32,000 nucleotides of DNA from an archaeon (lineage in GTDB: Archaea > Iainarchaeota > Iainarchaeia > Iainarchaeales > 1-14-0-10-31-34): positions 240,001 through 272,000 of the forward strand of contig JAJRVL010000004.1 in assembly GCA_024277355.1 (NCBI GenBank). Direction: 5' to 3'. The notes below the pieces were generated by a model that searched no databases, was not told the origin of the DNA, and saw only the letters and a list, made by a program, of their open reading frames with translations. Shown here in pieces: positions 1-9,146 of the stretch. Made by a program: the position numbers and the translations under genes. Every line of letters starts with the position of its first letter. The stretch's first letter is position 1.

Positions 1-5
1 TCGCT

Positions 6-29
6 TAAATCTTTGCAAGCAAAGATTTA
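6..29. repeat. Perfect 11-bp inverted repeat (hairpin)
   Basis: TAAATCTTTGC-AA-GCAAAGATTTA. Confidence 0.6.
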
Positions 30-36
30 TCAAAAC

Positions 37-52
37 AAGAGATAAATCTCTT
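37..52. repeat. Perfect 7-bp inverted repeat (hairpin)
   Basis: AAGAGAT-AA-ATCTCTT, 7 nt after the previous hairpin. Confidence 0.5.
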
Positions 53-85
53 ATGCTCAGTCCTGCTGTAAAAATAGATTAAATT

Positions 86-952
86 CTAATCATTGTTTAG
101 CTTTTCAGCTAACTCAACACAATAATCAAGATTATGCAGAAAAATTTCTTCTACATTTAAAGCAACAGGAACTGAAATATTATTTTCTTTATTAAAATCT
201 TTTATGTCAGTCCATACTTTTTTTGCAATTTCAATTGAATTTTTAACTGCATTATTTTCTTCTTTAAAAAAATTTTTTTCTGTTTCTTCAGGTATTTCTA
301 CTCCAAGCCATTTCATGAAATATAATTCTCTTGAATCAGAAACAGGACAAAAACTCAGGAAAACTTTTGCAGGAGTAATTTTATTTTCATTGCATAAATC
401 ATTATATTCAGCTAAAACTTTTTTTGTGTTAATTGATTCAAACAAAACCTGTGAAGTAAAAAAATCTGCTCCAGAAACAGTTTTATTAAACATTCTTTTT
501 GCTTCATTTTCCCTTGAAGGAATCATAATATTCCCGATTTTTATTCCTTTAATATTTTTTGCTTTGTTGTTTGCTTCATTTACTGTTAAACCTGAATAAG
601 AAATATGATCAAAATTTCCTCCGACAAAAACAAAATTATTAATCTTGAATTCATTAATACTTTTATTTATCCATAAATCAAATTCATTTATTCCTTTGCA
701 GTGAACTACAACCTTATTTTCAATTATTTTTTTTCCTGTTAAATCATTTAATTCTTTTCCAAATTCACAGGCACGAATGTTTCTGTAATAAGGTTTTCCT
801 AAACGGTTTTCGTCAATTATTTCAGGAATATTAATTAAATCAGGTTTCATTGAATTAACTGCAGTAACAATTTTTTCAAGAATTTTTTTTCGGTAATTAT
901 CAGAAGACAACGCACTAGGAGGAACGACTTCAAGCATTAATTCATCTTTCAA
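86..952 (-). CDS. Methylenetetrahydrofolate reductase-like TIM-barrel protein
   Basis: ORF of 288 aa; MTHFR-like motif 'SGADFFTSQVLFE'; directly downstream of the metE-like genes. Confidence 0.7.
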   Translation of the reverse strand: MKDELMLEVVPPSALSSDNYRKKILEKIVTAVNSMKPDLINIPEIIDENRLGKPYYRNIRACEFGKELNDLTGKKIIENKVVVHCKGINEFDLWINKSINEFKINNFVFVGGNFDHISYSGLTVNEANNKAKNIKGIKIGNIMIPSRENEAKRMFNKTVSGADFFTSQVLFESINTKKVLAEYNDLCNENKITPAKVFLSFCPVSDSRELYFMKWLGVEIPEETEKNFFKEENNAVKNSIEIAKKVWTDIKDFNKENNISVPVALNVEEIFLHNLDYCVELAEKLNND

Positions 953-960
953 TTAATCAC

Positions 961-2139
961 CTATAATTCTTTTCTGGCTAATTCAGCTCCTTTAACCATA
1001 TTAACTAATTTTGGATAAGCTACATCCCATCTTCTTGTTCTTAAACCGCAGTCAGGATTTACCTGCACGTTTTCAGGATTATCCATTAAATTATTAATGA
1101 AAAGAATTCTATCTTTAATTATTTCAGGACTTTCAATTAAATCAGAATGAATATCAATTAATCCTGCTCCAATTTTAACATTCATTCCATATTCTTTAAA
1201 TAAATTAATTACTTTTAATGCTTCTTCATGAATTTGACTTGGATTAAATTCTTTTCCTGTTGAATGATTAGTGCATTCAATCAAATAACTATCAGCAGCA
1301 CTTTCTGCTAACTCAGGAAACAAAGAAGAATAATTACTGTAACATAAATGAACTGCTTTTTCAATGTTTCTTGGAACACCTTTAAATGATTCATTTATTC
1401 CTTCCACTACTAATTCAGCTTCATGCTGTTTGGTTGCAGCAGCAGGTTCATCAATCTGAATTACTTTAGCATTTTGATTGACGTATTGTTTTACAATTGG
1501 ATTTAAAACATTTCTTGCAAAATCAATTACAGCATTTTTTCTTGCTGTTTTTACTGCTTCAAGTTTGCTTCCATCTTTATTTTCTAATGATTTAGCATAA
1601 AACTCAACATAACTCCAGTCAGTCATAGTATAAGGGCCAGTAAGACAAGGCTTAATTTCTTTTTCAGTGTATTTTTTTACGAAATCAAATTCTTCTTTAA
1701 ACCATTCAACACCAGAATCAGTAATTGAAATTTTATTTTCTAAAATTCCTTTCCTGAAATAATTTGCATCAAAAGAATTCACAAAACCTGCTGTTTTAAT
1801 TCCTTTAGTTTTTTTTGCAAGCATATCATACATTTCAGTTCTAGGCTGTTCGCCGTTAAAAACTCTGTCTAAACCTGCTGACTCAAACATTTTAATTACA
1901 TAAATAGAAGAAATATCAATTATTCTTTGTTTTTCTTCTTCAGTTCTTTTAATTCCATTTTTTTGTAAAAGCCCTGTGCCTTTTTCATTAGCTAATTCAA
2001 ATCTTTCCTCTACTCCAAATTTTTCTCCCCAAGTTAATGCATCTTTAATCCAAACATCATTCTTTTCTGCATTAAGCTTCTGCCTCCAAATAGGCCTTTG
2101 AATGCTTCCAATTTCCTGAGTAATAAAAACTTTATTCAT
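961..2139 (-). CDS. metE: Core methionine synthase, MetE C-terminal (catalytic) domain-like
   Basis: 392 aa; putative Zn ligands in order: 'HLCYSNY' (HxC), 'LIECTNHS' (E), 'NPDCGLRTR' (C); ending is typical of cobalamin-independent methionine synthase. Confidence 0.88.
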   Translation of the reverse strand: MNKVFITQEIGSIQRPIWRQKLNAEKNDVWIKDALTWGEKFGVEERFELANEKGTGLLQKNGIKRTEEEKQRIIDISSIYVIKMFESAGLDRVFNGEQPRTEMYDMLAKKTKGIKTAGFVNSFDANYFRKGILENKISITDSGVEWFKEEFDFVKKYTEKEIKPCLTGPYTMTDWSYVEFYAKSLENKDGSKLEAVKTARKNAVIDFARNVLNPIVKQYVNQNAKVIQIDEPAAATKQHEAELVVEGINESFKGVPRNIEKAVHLCYSNYSSLFPELAESAADSYLIECTNHSTGKEFNPSQIHEEALKVINLFKEYGMNVKIGAGLIDIHSDLIESPEIIKDRILFINNLMDNPENVQVNPDCGLRTRRWDVAYPKLVNMVKGAELARKEL

Positions 2140-2140
2140 T

Positions 2141-3100
2141 TTAATCTAACTCCTCTGAAACTTCAGAAAGAACCCTGATTTTCTGAAGGCCTTGTTCAAA
2201 AGGAACATCAAACAACCTGTCATTAACTCCAATAAAATAATTTCCTGAAAAAACTGCTTTACTTTTAAAATCTTTAACTGTGTTTTTTATTTGTTCTTTT
2301 GATTCAATTCCAATTCTTGAACCATCAACAGCCCCAATCAAAACATCTTTTGAAGTTTTAATATTAGAAAAATCAGAATAAACAGAATCAATTCCCAAAA
2401 AATCATAATTTGAATCATCAAATAAATTAATGAATTTTGATGCATCAGCTAAAGGAAAATTTACTCCAACAGTAAAACCTTTTTCTTTTATTGATTCAGC
2501 AAAATTTTTTACAATCAAAGATTTATCAAAATTATTTTTTAATAAATCAAAACCAAAAGAAGGCTCAGAAAAAATAATTGAAGTATAACCTTTTTCTTTT
2601 AAAGAAGCAATATTATCAGATAAAGCTTTAGCATAATCTAAAACCATTTCTTTTTTATCTGTATAAAAAGAATTCTGGGTTAAACGAATAAAAGAATAAC
2701 TTCCTAATAAAAAAACAATTCCTTTTTCTACTTCAGGAAGATTTTCAGCCAATTCATTTCCATTAGAAGAAATTTTTTCAGTAATAGCCGGTTTCCTGAA
2801 AAAAGTATTAGTTGAATACCATCTTGTTACAGGCCCAACAGAATCTTCTCCTTTAGATTTTCTTTTTTCAAATCCATTAAAAGAATAAGCTAAAGGCCTT
2901 AACAAATCAAGCCAGTCTAACTGGCCTCCTGAAACAAAAGCAAAATTTTTTTGTGCTTTAATTATTTCAGCTGAATCTTTTTTAACTAACTCTAAAAAAT
3001 TTTCTTTAGTTGAATGCCCGTCCCTGAATAATCTGTGTTCCTGAATTGTTTTAGGACTCCTTGAAACCGTGCCTGTTAGAACTGCTCCCTTAAAACTCAT
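2141..3100 (-). CDS. MetE N-terminal domain-like protein (stand-alone, lacks Zn ligands)
   Basis: 319 aa; N-terminal region resembles MetE families (SRSPKT...HRLFRDG..., GPVTRWYSTNTFFRKP); one bp from the next gene in the operon. Confidence 0.75.
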   Translation of the reverse strand: MSFKGAVLTGTVSRSPKTIQEHRLFRDGHSTKENFLELVKKDSAEIIKAQKNFAFVSGGQLDWLDLLRPLAYSFNGFEKRKSKGEDSVGPVTRWYSTNTFFRKPAITEKISSNGNELAENLPEVEKGIVFLLGSYSFIRLTQNSFYTDKKEMVLDYAKALSDNIASLKEKGYTSIIFSEPSFGFDLLKNNFDKSLIVKNFAESIKEKGFTVGVNFPLADASKFINLFDDSNYDFLGIDSVYSDFSNIKTSKDVLIGAVDGSRIGIESKEQIKNTVKDFKSKAVFSGNYFIGVNDRLFDVPFEQGLQKIRVLSEVSEELD

Positions 3101-3150
3101 TTTATTACCTCAAAAAAGAAAAATAATCCCAAAAACCTTATTAAAGTTAG

Positions 3151-3170
3151 TTTATTCTTTAAAGAATAAA
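3151..3170. promoter_or_regulatory. Perfect 20-bp palindrome, candidate operator of the metE-like operon
   Basis: TTTATTCTTTAAAGAATAAA is its own reverse complement; lies just upstream of a possible TATA element on the minus strand. Confidence 0.45.
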
Positions 3171-3289
3171 ATCTTCATATTTTATTCAAATATTTCTTTT
3201 TTTTGCCTGAAAAAATTGCAGGTTAACTGCCGAAACAATTTTATTCCAGTTCTGCTTTATTTATTCACCGTTAAAAAGAAGGATTAGTT

Positions 3290-3994
3290 ATGGATGTGTC
3301 AGTTATTGTTTGCACTTTAAATGAAGAAAAAAGAATAGGCAAATGCATTAAGTCAATTCAAAAACAAAAATTCAACGGAAGCTATGAAATAATTATTGCA
3401 GACGGAAACAGCGAAGACAAAACAGTTGAAATAGCAAAAAGTTTAGGTGCTAAAACAATAATAGAAAAAATAAGAATAATTGCAGCAGAAAGAAATGCAG
3501 GAGCAAAAATCGCAGACGGAAAATATTTGCTGTTTACTGATGCAGACGCAGAAGTTTCAGAAAACTGGATTCAGGAAAACTTTAATTTATTTGAAAAAGA
3601 AAAAAAAATAATAGGACAGTATGGAAATGTTTTTTTCTCTGATGTAAAAGAATCAGAAAAAAAATTAACTAAATTTACAATGCCTTTGTTTATGGGTTTA
3701 ACCGGATTAATTGTAATGCATAATCCAATTGGTTCAAATATTGCAGTGAGAAAAGAATTCTTTGAAAAAATAAAAGGATTTGATACAACTTATATTACTT
3801 GCGAGGACTTAGATTTATTCCGAAGACTGAAAAAAACCGGAAAAATTAAATGGAATCCAAAAAGCATTGTTGAAGTTTCAGCAAGAAGAGTCAAAGCATG
3901 GGGTTATCTTTACTTTACTTTATTTCACTTAAAAAACGCATTTAATTTTTATTTTTTCAATAAAGCAAGCAGAAAATACGAAAACATTCGATGA
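3290..3994 (+). CDS. Glycosyltransferase family 2
   Basis: 234 aa; 'VSVIVCTLNEEKRIGKCIKSI', 'IIIADGNSEDKTVEIA', 'FTDADAEV' are GT-A hallmarks. Confidence 0.9.
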   Translation: MDVSVIVCTLNEEKRIGKCIKSIQKQKFNGSYEIIIADGNSEDKTVEIAKSLGAKTIIEKIRIIAAERNAGAKIADGKYLLFTDADAEVSENWIQENFNLFEKEKKIIGQYGNVFFSDVKESEKKLTKFTMPLFMGLTGLIVMHNPIGSNIAVRKEFFEKIKGFDTTYITCEDLDLFRRLKKTGKIKWNPKSIVEVSARRVKAWGYLYFTLFHLKNAFNFYFFNKASRKYENIR

Positions 3995-3999
3995 AAAAA

Positions 4000-4848
4000 T
4001 TAAATTGAAATAATTATAATTCCTGCAAGCATAAGCAGAACACTTAATAATTCTTTTTTATTTAATTTTTCCTTTAAAAAAACAAAAGCAAGCAAAATAG
4101 AAAAAATAGGAGAAGCTGATTTAATTGGAGTTATAAGAGAAACAGGAGAAACCGAGATTGCTTTAAGAAATGCAAGAAAACCAACTACATTAAGCAGACC
4201 TATAAAAAAAATGTAAACAATAGTTTTCTTAAAGTTTTTAAGTTTATTTTTGCTTTCAAAAAGTTTAGGCAAAAAAATTATTGCTGTAAAAAAGCTTACA
4301 CTCCATGCAATAGTAAAAGGATTAAAAATTTCAGCAGGAATTTTAAGGAAAAAATAATAAAAGCCAAAAGCAATCATTGAAGCAAAAGGAAACCATTGAC
4401 TTAAATTAAACTGTTTTGCTGAAACAGAATCTGAAACAAGCAAAATAATTCCTGTTACAATTATAACTATTGCAAGATACTGAGAAGGTTTAAGGATTTC
4501 AGAATAAAAAATCATACTTAAAATTACTGTAATTATAACTGAACTGTAAATCAAAGGAATTGAAATAGAAAGCTCCCTTAATGAAAGAGACTTATAAAAA
4601 AAATACATTCCAATAAAATTTACAATACTTACTCCTATAACAAAAAAATATTCAGGAATAAAAATAGACTCAAGATTTCCTGTAAACAAGGCAGCTGCAA
4701 AAGCAATTAATGCAGAAAAAAATTCTGATAAAATAAAAACAGGCCATACCGAAACTTTGTTATTTAAAACATTCTTTGAAATAAAATCTGAAAATCCCCA
4801 GGTAACTAAAGTTAATATTCCTAAAAAAATTCCAAGCTGAAATTCCAT
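4000..4848 (-). CDS. EamA/DMT-superfamily transporter
   Basis: 282 aa; about 10 hydrophobic segments in two repeats; 'SVLLAFVFLKEKLNKKELLSVLLMLAGIIII' is typical of EamA. Confidence 0.85.
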   Translation of the reverse strand: MEFQLGIFLGILTLVTWGFSDFISKNVLNNKVSVWPVFILSEFFSALIAFAAALFTGNLESIFIPEYFFVIGVSIVNFIGMYFFYKSLSLRELSISIPLIYSSVIITVILSMIFYSEILKPSQYLAIVIIVTGIILLVSDSVSAKQFNLSQWFPFASMIAFGFYYFFLKIPAEIFNPFTIAWSVSFFTAIIFLPKLFESKNKLKNFKKTIVYIFFIGLLNVVGFLAFLKAISVSPVSLITPIKSASPIFSILLAFVFLKEKLNKKELLSVLLMLAGIIIISI

Positions 4849-4929
4849 TAAAAACTATAAATTAAACTAATATTTAATACCAATTAGCAAACAGAAATCA
4901 TTTAAAGAACTTAAATCTAGAATTATTCC

Positions 4930-6048
4930 ATGAAAATAGCTTTTTTTACTGACTCTTACTGGCCGCAAATAGACGGAGTAGTAATTTCAATAGATAATTA
5001 TGCAAGAGAACTCCAAAAAAAAGGCCACGAAATAATGATTTTTGCACCAAAACCAAAAGAAAAAACAAAAACAGAATTCCCTGTATTCTGGATTCCAAGT
5101 TTTTCTTTACCAACATATAAAGAATACCGAATCAGTTCATTTTTTTCATTAGAAGCAGAAAAAAAAATAAAAGAATTTAATCCAGATATAATCCATATGC
5201 ATACTCCTTTTTCTGTCGGCTGGATTGGATTAAATTTAGCAAAAAAATTCAGAAAAAAAAGTGTCGGAACCTACCACACTTATCTTCCGGATTTTATGAT
5301 GTATTTGCCGTTGCCTTTAATTAAAAAAACAGATTTAGTAAAAAAAGGAATCTGGTTTTATTCAAGGTTATTTTACAATAAATGCGATTTAGTTACAACA
5401 CCAACAAAAAAAACTTTAGAAGAACTTGAATCCCATAAAATAAAAAAAGGAATTGTACTTCCAAATGGAATAGACTTTAAATTATTCAATTCATTTAAAT
5501 GCAGTAAAAACTTAAAGAAAAAAAAATTAGTTTATTTTGGAAGACTTTCATTTGAAAAAAACATTAAAGTTTTAATTGAAATTTTATCTTTACTTGAAAA
5601 CGCTGAATTAACAATAATTGGTTCAGGACCAGCAGAAAAAAAACTAAAAGAAACAGTGAAAGAAAAAAAATTAACAGAAAAAGTTTTTTTTACCGGAGCT
5701 TTAATTGGAAAAAAACTGGCAGAAAAAGTTTCAAAATCAAATGTTTTTGTTTCAGCTGCAACAATGGAAACACAAGGATTAACTTTAATTGAAGCAATGT
5801 CAACCGGAATGCCTTGTATTGGAGCAGACAAAATGGCTATTCCTGAAACAATCAAAGAAGAATTTAATGGATTTTTGTTTGAACCGTTTAATGCAAAACA
5901 AGCAGCAGAAAAAATCAATAAATTATTTTCAAATAAAAAATTATATGAAAAACTTTCAGTTAATGCAGTTAAAACAGCAGGAAAAAAGTCAAGAGAAAAA
6001 ATGGCATTAAAACTGGAAAAACTTTATTTTAAGCTTTTAAAAGAATAA
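4930..6048 (+). CDS. Glycosyltransferase family 4 (GT-B)
   Basis: 372 aa; 'FFTDSYWPQIDGVVISIDNYARELQKKGHE', 'HMHTPFSVGWIG', 'TLIEAMSTGMPCIGAD'. Confidence 0.92.
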   Translation: MKIAFFTDSYWPQIDGVVISIDNYARELQKKGHEIMIFAPKPKEKTKTEFPVFWIPSFSLPTYKEYRISSFFSLEAEKKIKEFNPDIIHMHTPFSVGWIGLNLAKKFRKKSVGTYHTYLPDFMMYLPLPLIKKTDLVKKGIWFYSRLFYNKCDLVTTPTKKTLEELESHKIKKGIVLPNGIDFKLFNSFKCSKNLKKKKLVYFGRLSFEKNIKVLIEILSLLENAELTIIGSGPAEKKLKETVKEKKLTEKVFFTGALIGKKLAEKVSKSNVFVSAATMETQGLTLIEAMSTGMPCIGADKMAIPETIKEEFNGFLFEPFNAKQAAEKINKLFSNKKLYEKLSVNAVKTAGKKSREKMALKLEKLYFKLLKE

Positions 6049-6092
6049 ATCTAAAACAATTATATTAAATAATTTAAGGCAGATGTTTCATT

Positions 6093-7556
6093 ATGACAAA
6101 AGGAAAAGTTACATTTAATATTAATAAAACAAAAAATTTCTCTGAATGGTATACAGAAATAGTCAAAAAAGCAGAATTAGGAGACTTAAGGTATAATGTA
6201 AAAGGATTTGTTATTTTTCAGCCTTGGTCTGTTTTATCAATGGAAAAAATGTATGATTATTTTGAAGAATCACTTCAACTAAAAGGCCATAAACCTTATT
6301 GGTATCCTGCAGTTATTCCTGAAAAAAACTTTTTAATGGAAAAAAACCATGTTAAAGGTTTTGCACCGCAGGTATTTTGGATTACAGAAACAGGCGCAGG
6401 AGAAAAATTAGAATAAAGATTAGCTTTAAGACCTACATCTGAAACTGCTTTTTATCAGATGTTTTCTTTATGGATTCGTTCATATAAAGACCTTCCATTT
6501 AAAACTTACCAAAGAGCACAAGTATTTAGATATGAAACTAAAGCCACAAGACCTTTTTTAAGAAGCAGAGAATTCCACTGGATTGAAACACATAATGCTT
6601 TTGATTCAAAAGAAAATGCATTTAAGCAGGCAGAAGAAGACATGGAAACAACAAAAGAAGTTTTATTAGAAATTTTTGGCATCCCATTTATTTTCTTTGA
6701 AAGACCGCAATGGGATAAATTCCCTGGAGCAGAATCAACTTTTGCTGCAGATACCTTGATGCCTGACGGAAAAATAATTCAACTTCCTTCAACACATATA
6801 ATATCACAAAATTTTACTAAAGCATTTAATGTAAAATTCACTGATGAAAAAGGAAAAGAAAATTTCTGCTGGACTACTTGTTATGGTCCTGCAATAAGCA
6901 GAATTTTTGCAGCAATGATTTCAATTCACGGAGACGAAAAAGGATTAATTTTTCCTTTTCCTGTTGCACCAGTAAAAGCAGTAATTATACCAATATTTAA
7001 TGAAAAAAACAAGGAAAAAGTTTTGAAGGAAACAGAAGAAATAAAGAAAAAACTAATTAAAGAAAAAATCAGAACAGAAATTGATTTAACTGACAAAAAT
7101 ATGGGAGAAAAATTTTATTTCTGGGAAATGAAAGGAGTTCCATTTAGAATAGATTTAGGTAAAAAAGAACTCAAAGAAAAAAAAGCAACAGTTTTTATCA
7201 GACATTCAGGGAAAAAAACAAAAGAAAAAATTTCTAATTTAAATGAATTTATTTTAAAAGAAGGAAAAAAACAATTAGTTGAACTAAAAGAAAAATCAGA
7301 AAACTTTTTTATGAATTCAGTAAGCGAAGTGCATTCAATTGAAGAAGCAAAAAAACAAATAGAAAAAGGAAGAATTGTAAAAACTGAATTCTGTTCTGTT
7401 TTAATGACAGGTTATTCTTGTGCAGAAAAAATAGAAAAACAATTAAATGCAAGTGTAAGAGGAACAAAATTAAATGAAAAAGAAAAACCTAAAGGAAAAT
7501 GCATTGTCTGCGGAAAAAAAGCAGAAAAAATCGTTTATATTGCAAAATCTTATTAA
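6093..7556 (+). CDS. proS: Prolyl-tRNA synthetase, archaeal type, interrupted by an in-frame TAA at 6414-6416
   Basis: ORFs 6093..6416 and 6459..7556 are in the same frame; readthrough gives '[66 protein letters not shown]'. 488 codons in total. Confidence 0.93.
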
Positions 7557-7565
7557 CTTAAAAAC

Positions 7566-7575
7566 TTTTTATATA
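7566..7575 (+). promoter_or_regulatory. Candidate archaeal TATA box
   Basis: 'tttttatata' about 40-50 nt upstream of the ATG at 7615. Confidence 0.4.
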
Positions 7576-7614
7576 TGATTCTGTTTTATATAACGGAAAG
7601 TGATTAGTGATTAA

Positions 7615-8691
7615 ATGGCTTTAATTGAAGAAATAAATTCTCTTGTAACTTCAGACAAAGATGTCAAAGAAAGAAAAAAAGAATTAAACAAACTAAAGAA
7701 AAAAGAAGAAAAAACTGAAAACCAAACAAAAAAAGCAAAGAAAGAAGACAAAAAAGAACCATTAAACAAAAAATCATTAATGCAGAAGTTAAGAGAAGAA
7801 CTTGATGATGTTAAAGGAAAAGAACTGGAAAAAAAAGATATTTCTGGATTAATAATAGAAGAAAAAGAACCAGAACATTTATGGCTTAAAAAAGAAAAAG
7901 GAACTGAAAAAACTGAAGACTCAAAAAAACATAAAACTCTTTTCAGAGAAGGACACTGGCATAAAACAGAAAAACAAAAAAAAGAAAACAAAGTAAGTGA
8001 ATTAAATTTAAAAATAGAAGAAAAAAACCTGCATCCGGAAGAACCAGAAGAAAAAACACAAATAATAGAAATGCTGAAAAAAACTGCTTCAGACTATAAA
8101 AAAATAAATAAACTTCCTTCTATTCCTGAAAAAAAAATAATGAAAAAAGGAGTTTCAGAAAAAGTACTAATTGAAAAAAAAGTTCCTGTAAAAACAAAAC
8201 CTTTTGTAGAAGATGAATTAATTCAGGGACTTTTACTTGAAACCCCGAAAAAAAGGAAAAAAGTTGAAGAACCAAAACCAAAAGAAAAAAATATTGTTTT
8301 TCAGGAAATTGAAGAACAAGAAGAAGAAAAACCAAAAAACTTTTTTCCTGCAGAACCGCAAAGAATGAAAGAACTTGAAGGAATTATTCCTTCAAAAAAT
8401 AAAAAACAAAAAGAAGAAACAAAAGAAGAAAATTTTACTATTGCACAGCAATTAGGGAATATTACTGGTTTTTTCACTAAAGGAATAGTTAAAAAAATGG
8501 GAGTAAAACAAGTAAATAAAAATGCTTTTGAAGGATTAACCAAAGAAGAACAAAAGAAAATAAAAAAACTTGCTTCTTCTCTGGAAGTATCAGTAAAAAA
8601 ATACACTAAAGAAGAAATAATTGAAGCAATGGAATTAGAAGGGCACACAGAAAAAATAATTAAGGCAGTAATCTCCTTGCTTTATGATTAA
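7615..8691 (+). CDS. Lys/Glu-rich low-complexity protein with an ordered-looking C-terminal segment
   Basis: 358 aa ORF; TATA-like element and GTGAT ribosome-binding motif upstream; C-terminal 100 aa not low complexity. Confidence 0.7.
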   Translation: MALIEEINSLVTSDKDVKERKKELNKLKKKEEKTENQTKKAKKEDKKEPLNKKSLMQKLREELDDVKGKELEKKDISGLIIEEKEPEHLWLKKEKGTEKTEDSKKHKTLFREGHWHKTEKQKKENKVSELNLKIEEKNLHPEEPEEKTQIIEMLKKTASDYKKINKLPSIPEKKIMKKGVSEKVLIEKKVPVKTKPFVEDELIQGLLLETPKKRKKVEEPKPKEKNIVFQEIEEQEEEKPKNFFPAEPQRMKELEGIIPSKNKKQKEETKEENFTIAQQLGNITGFFTKGIVKKMGVKQVNKNAFEGLTKEEQKKIKKLASSLEVSVKKYTKEEIIEAMELEGHTEKIIKAVISLLYD

Positions 8692-9146
8692 TTTACTCCG
8701 GAATATTCATTAAAATTTAATTTCATTTCCTCTATTGCTGATGATTCAATTTTGTGTTTTAGTTCTCTTGTTTTAACAAAACCATTTTTTTCATATAATT
8801 TTTTTGCAGTAAAATTGTTTTTTTTAACTATAAGCATTATTTCTTTTATTTCTTTTTTTCTGCATAATTCAATAAGAAAATCAAGTAGTTTTTTTCCTAT
8901 CTTGTTTCCTCTGAATTCTTTTTTTACTGCCATTCCTAAAAGATTTACAGTAAAATCCTTAAATTTGAATTCAATAAAACCGACTAAATTATTTTTTTCT
9001 TTTACAGTGAAAATAATGTTTCCATTATTAATTCTTTTATTTATTTTTTCAATTGTTTTTTTTGTATAAGGAAATTCATTTTCAACTAATTTATTTATTT
9101 CATTAAAATCTTTTTTTTCTGCCTGAATTATTTCCATAAAAAACAC
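8688..9146 (-). CDS. GNAT-family N-acetyltransferase
   Basis: 152 aa; 'VNLLGMAVKKEFRGNKIGKKLLDFLIELC' and 'NFTAKKLYEKNGFVKT' match the acetyl-CoA binding signature. Start may be 9137 (MEIIQAE). Confidence 0.88.
   Translation of the reverse strand: MFFMEIIQAEKKDFNEINKLVENEFPYTKKTIEKINKRINNGNIIFTVKEKNNLVGFIEFKFKDFTVNLLGMAVKKEFRGNKIGKKLLDFLIELCRKKEIKEIMLIVKKNNFTAKKLYEKNGFVKTRELKHKIESSAIEEMKLNFNEYSGVN

Noticed and set aside
204-599. Plus-strand ORF of 131 aa
   Set aside because: Fully antisense to the MTHFR-like gene, no recognisable domain.
3069-3287. Plus-strand ORF of 72 aa
   Set aside because: Lies in the intergenic control region, Lys/Phe-rich, no RBS or domain.
5532-5918. Minus-strand ORF of 128 aa and overlapping plus-strand ORF 5789..6010
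   Set aside because: Inside the well-supported GT4 gene; no homology signal.
7611-7991. Antisense ORF (126 aa, Ser/Phe-rich)
   Set aside because: Mirror image of the Lys/Glu-rich codons on the plus strand; composition artefact.
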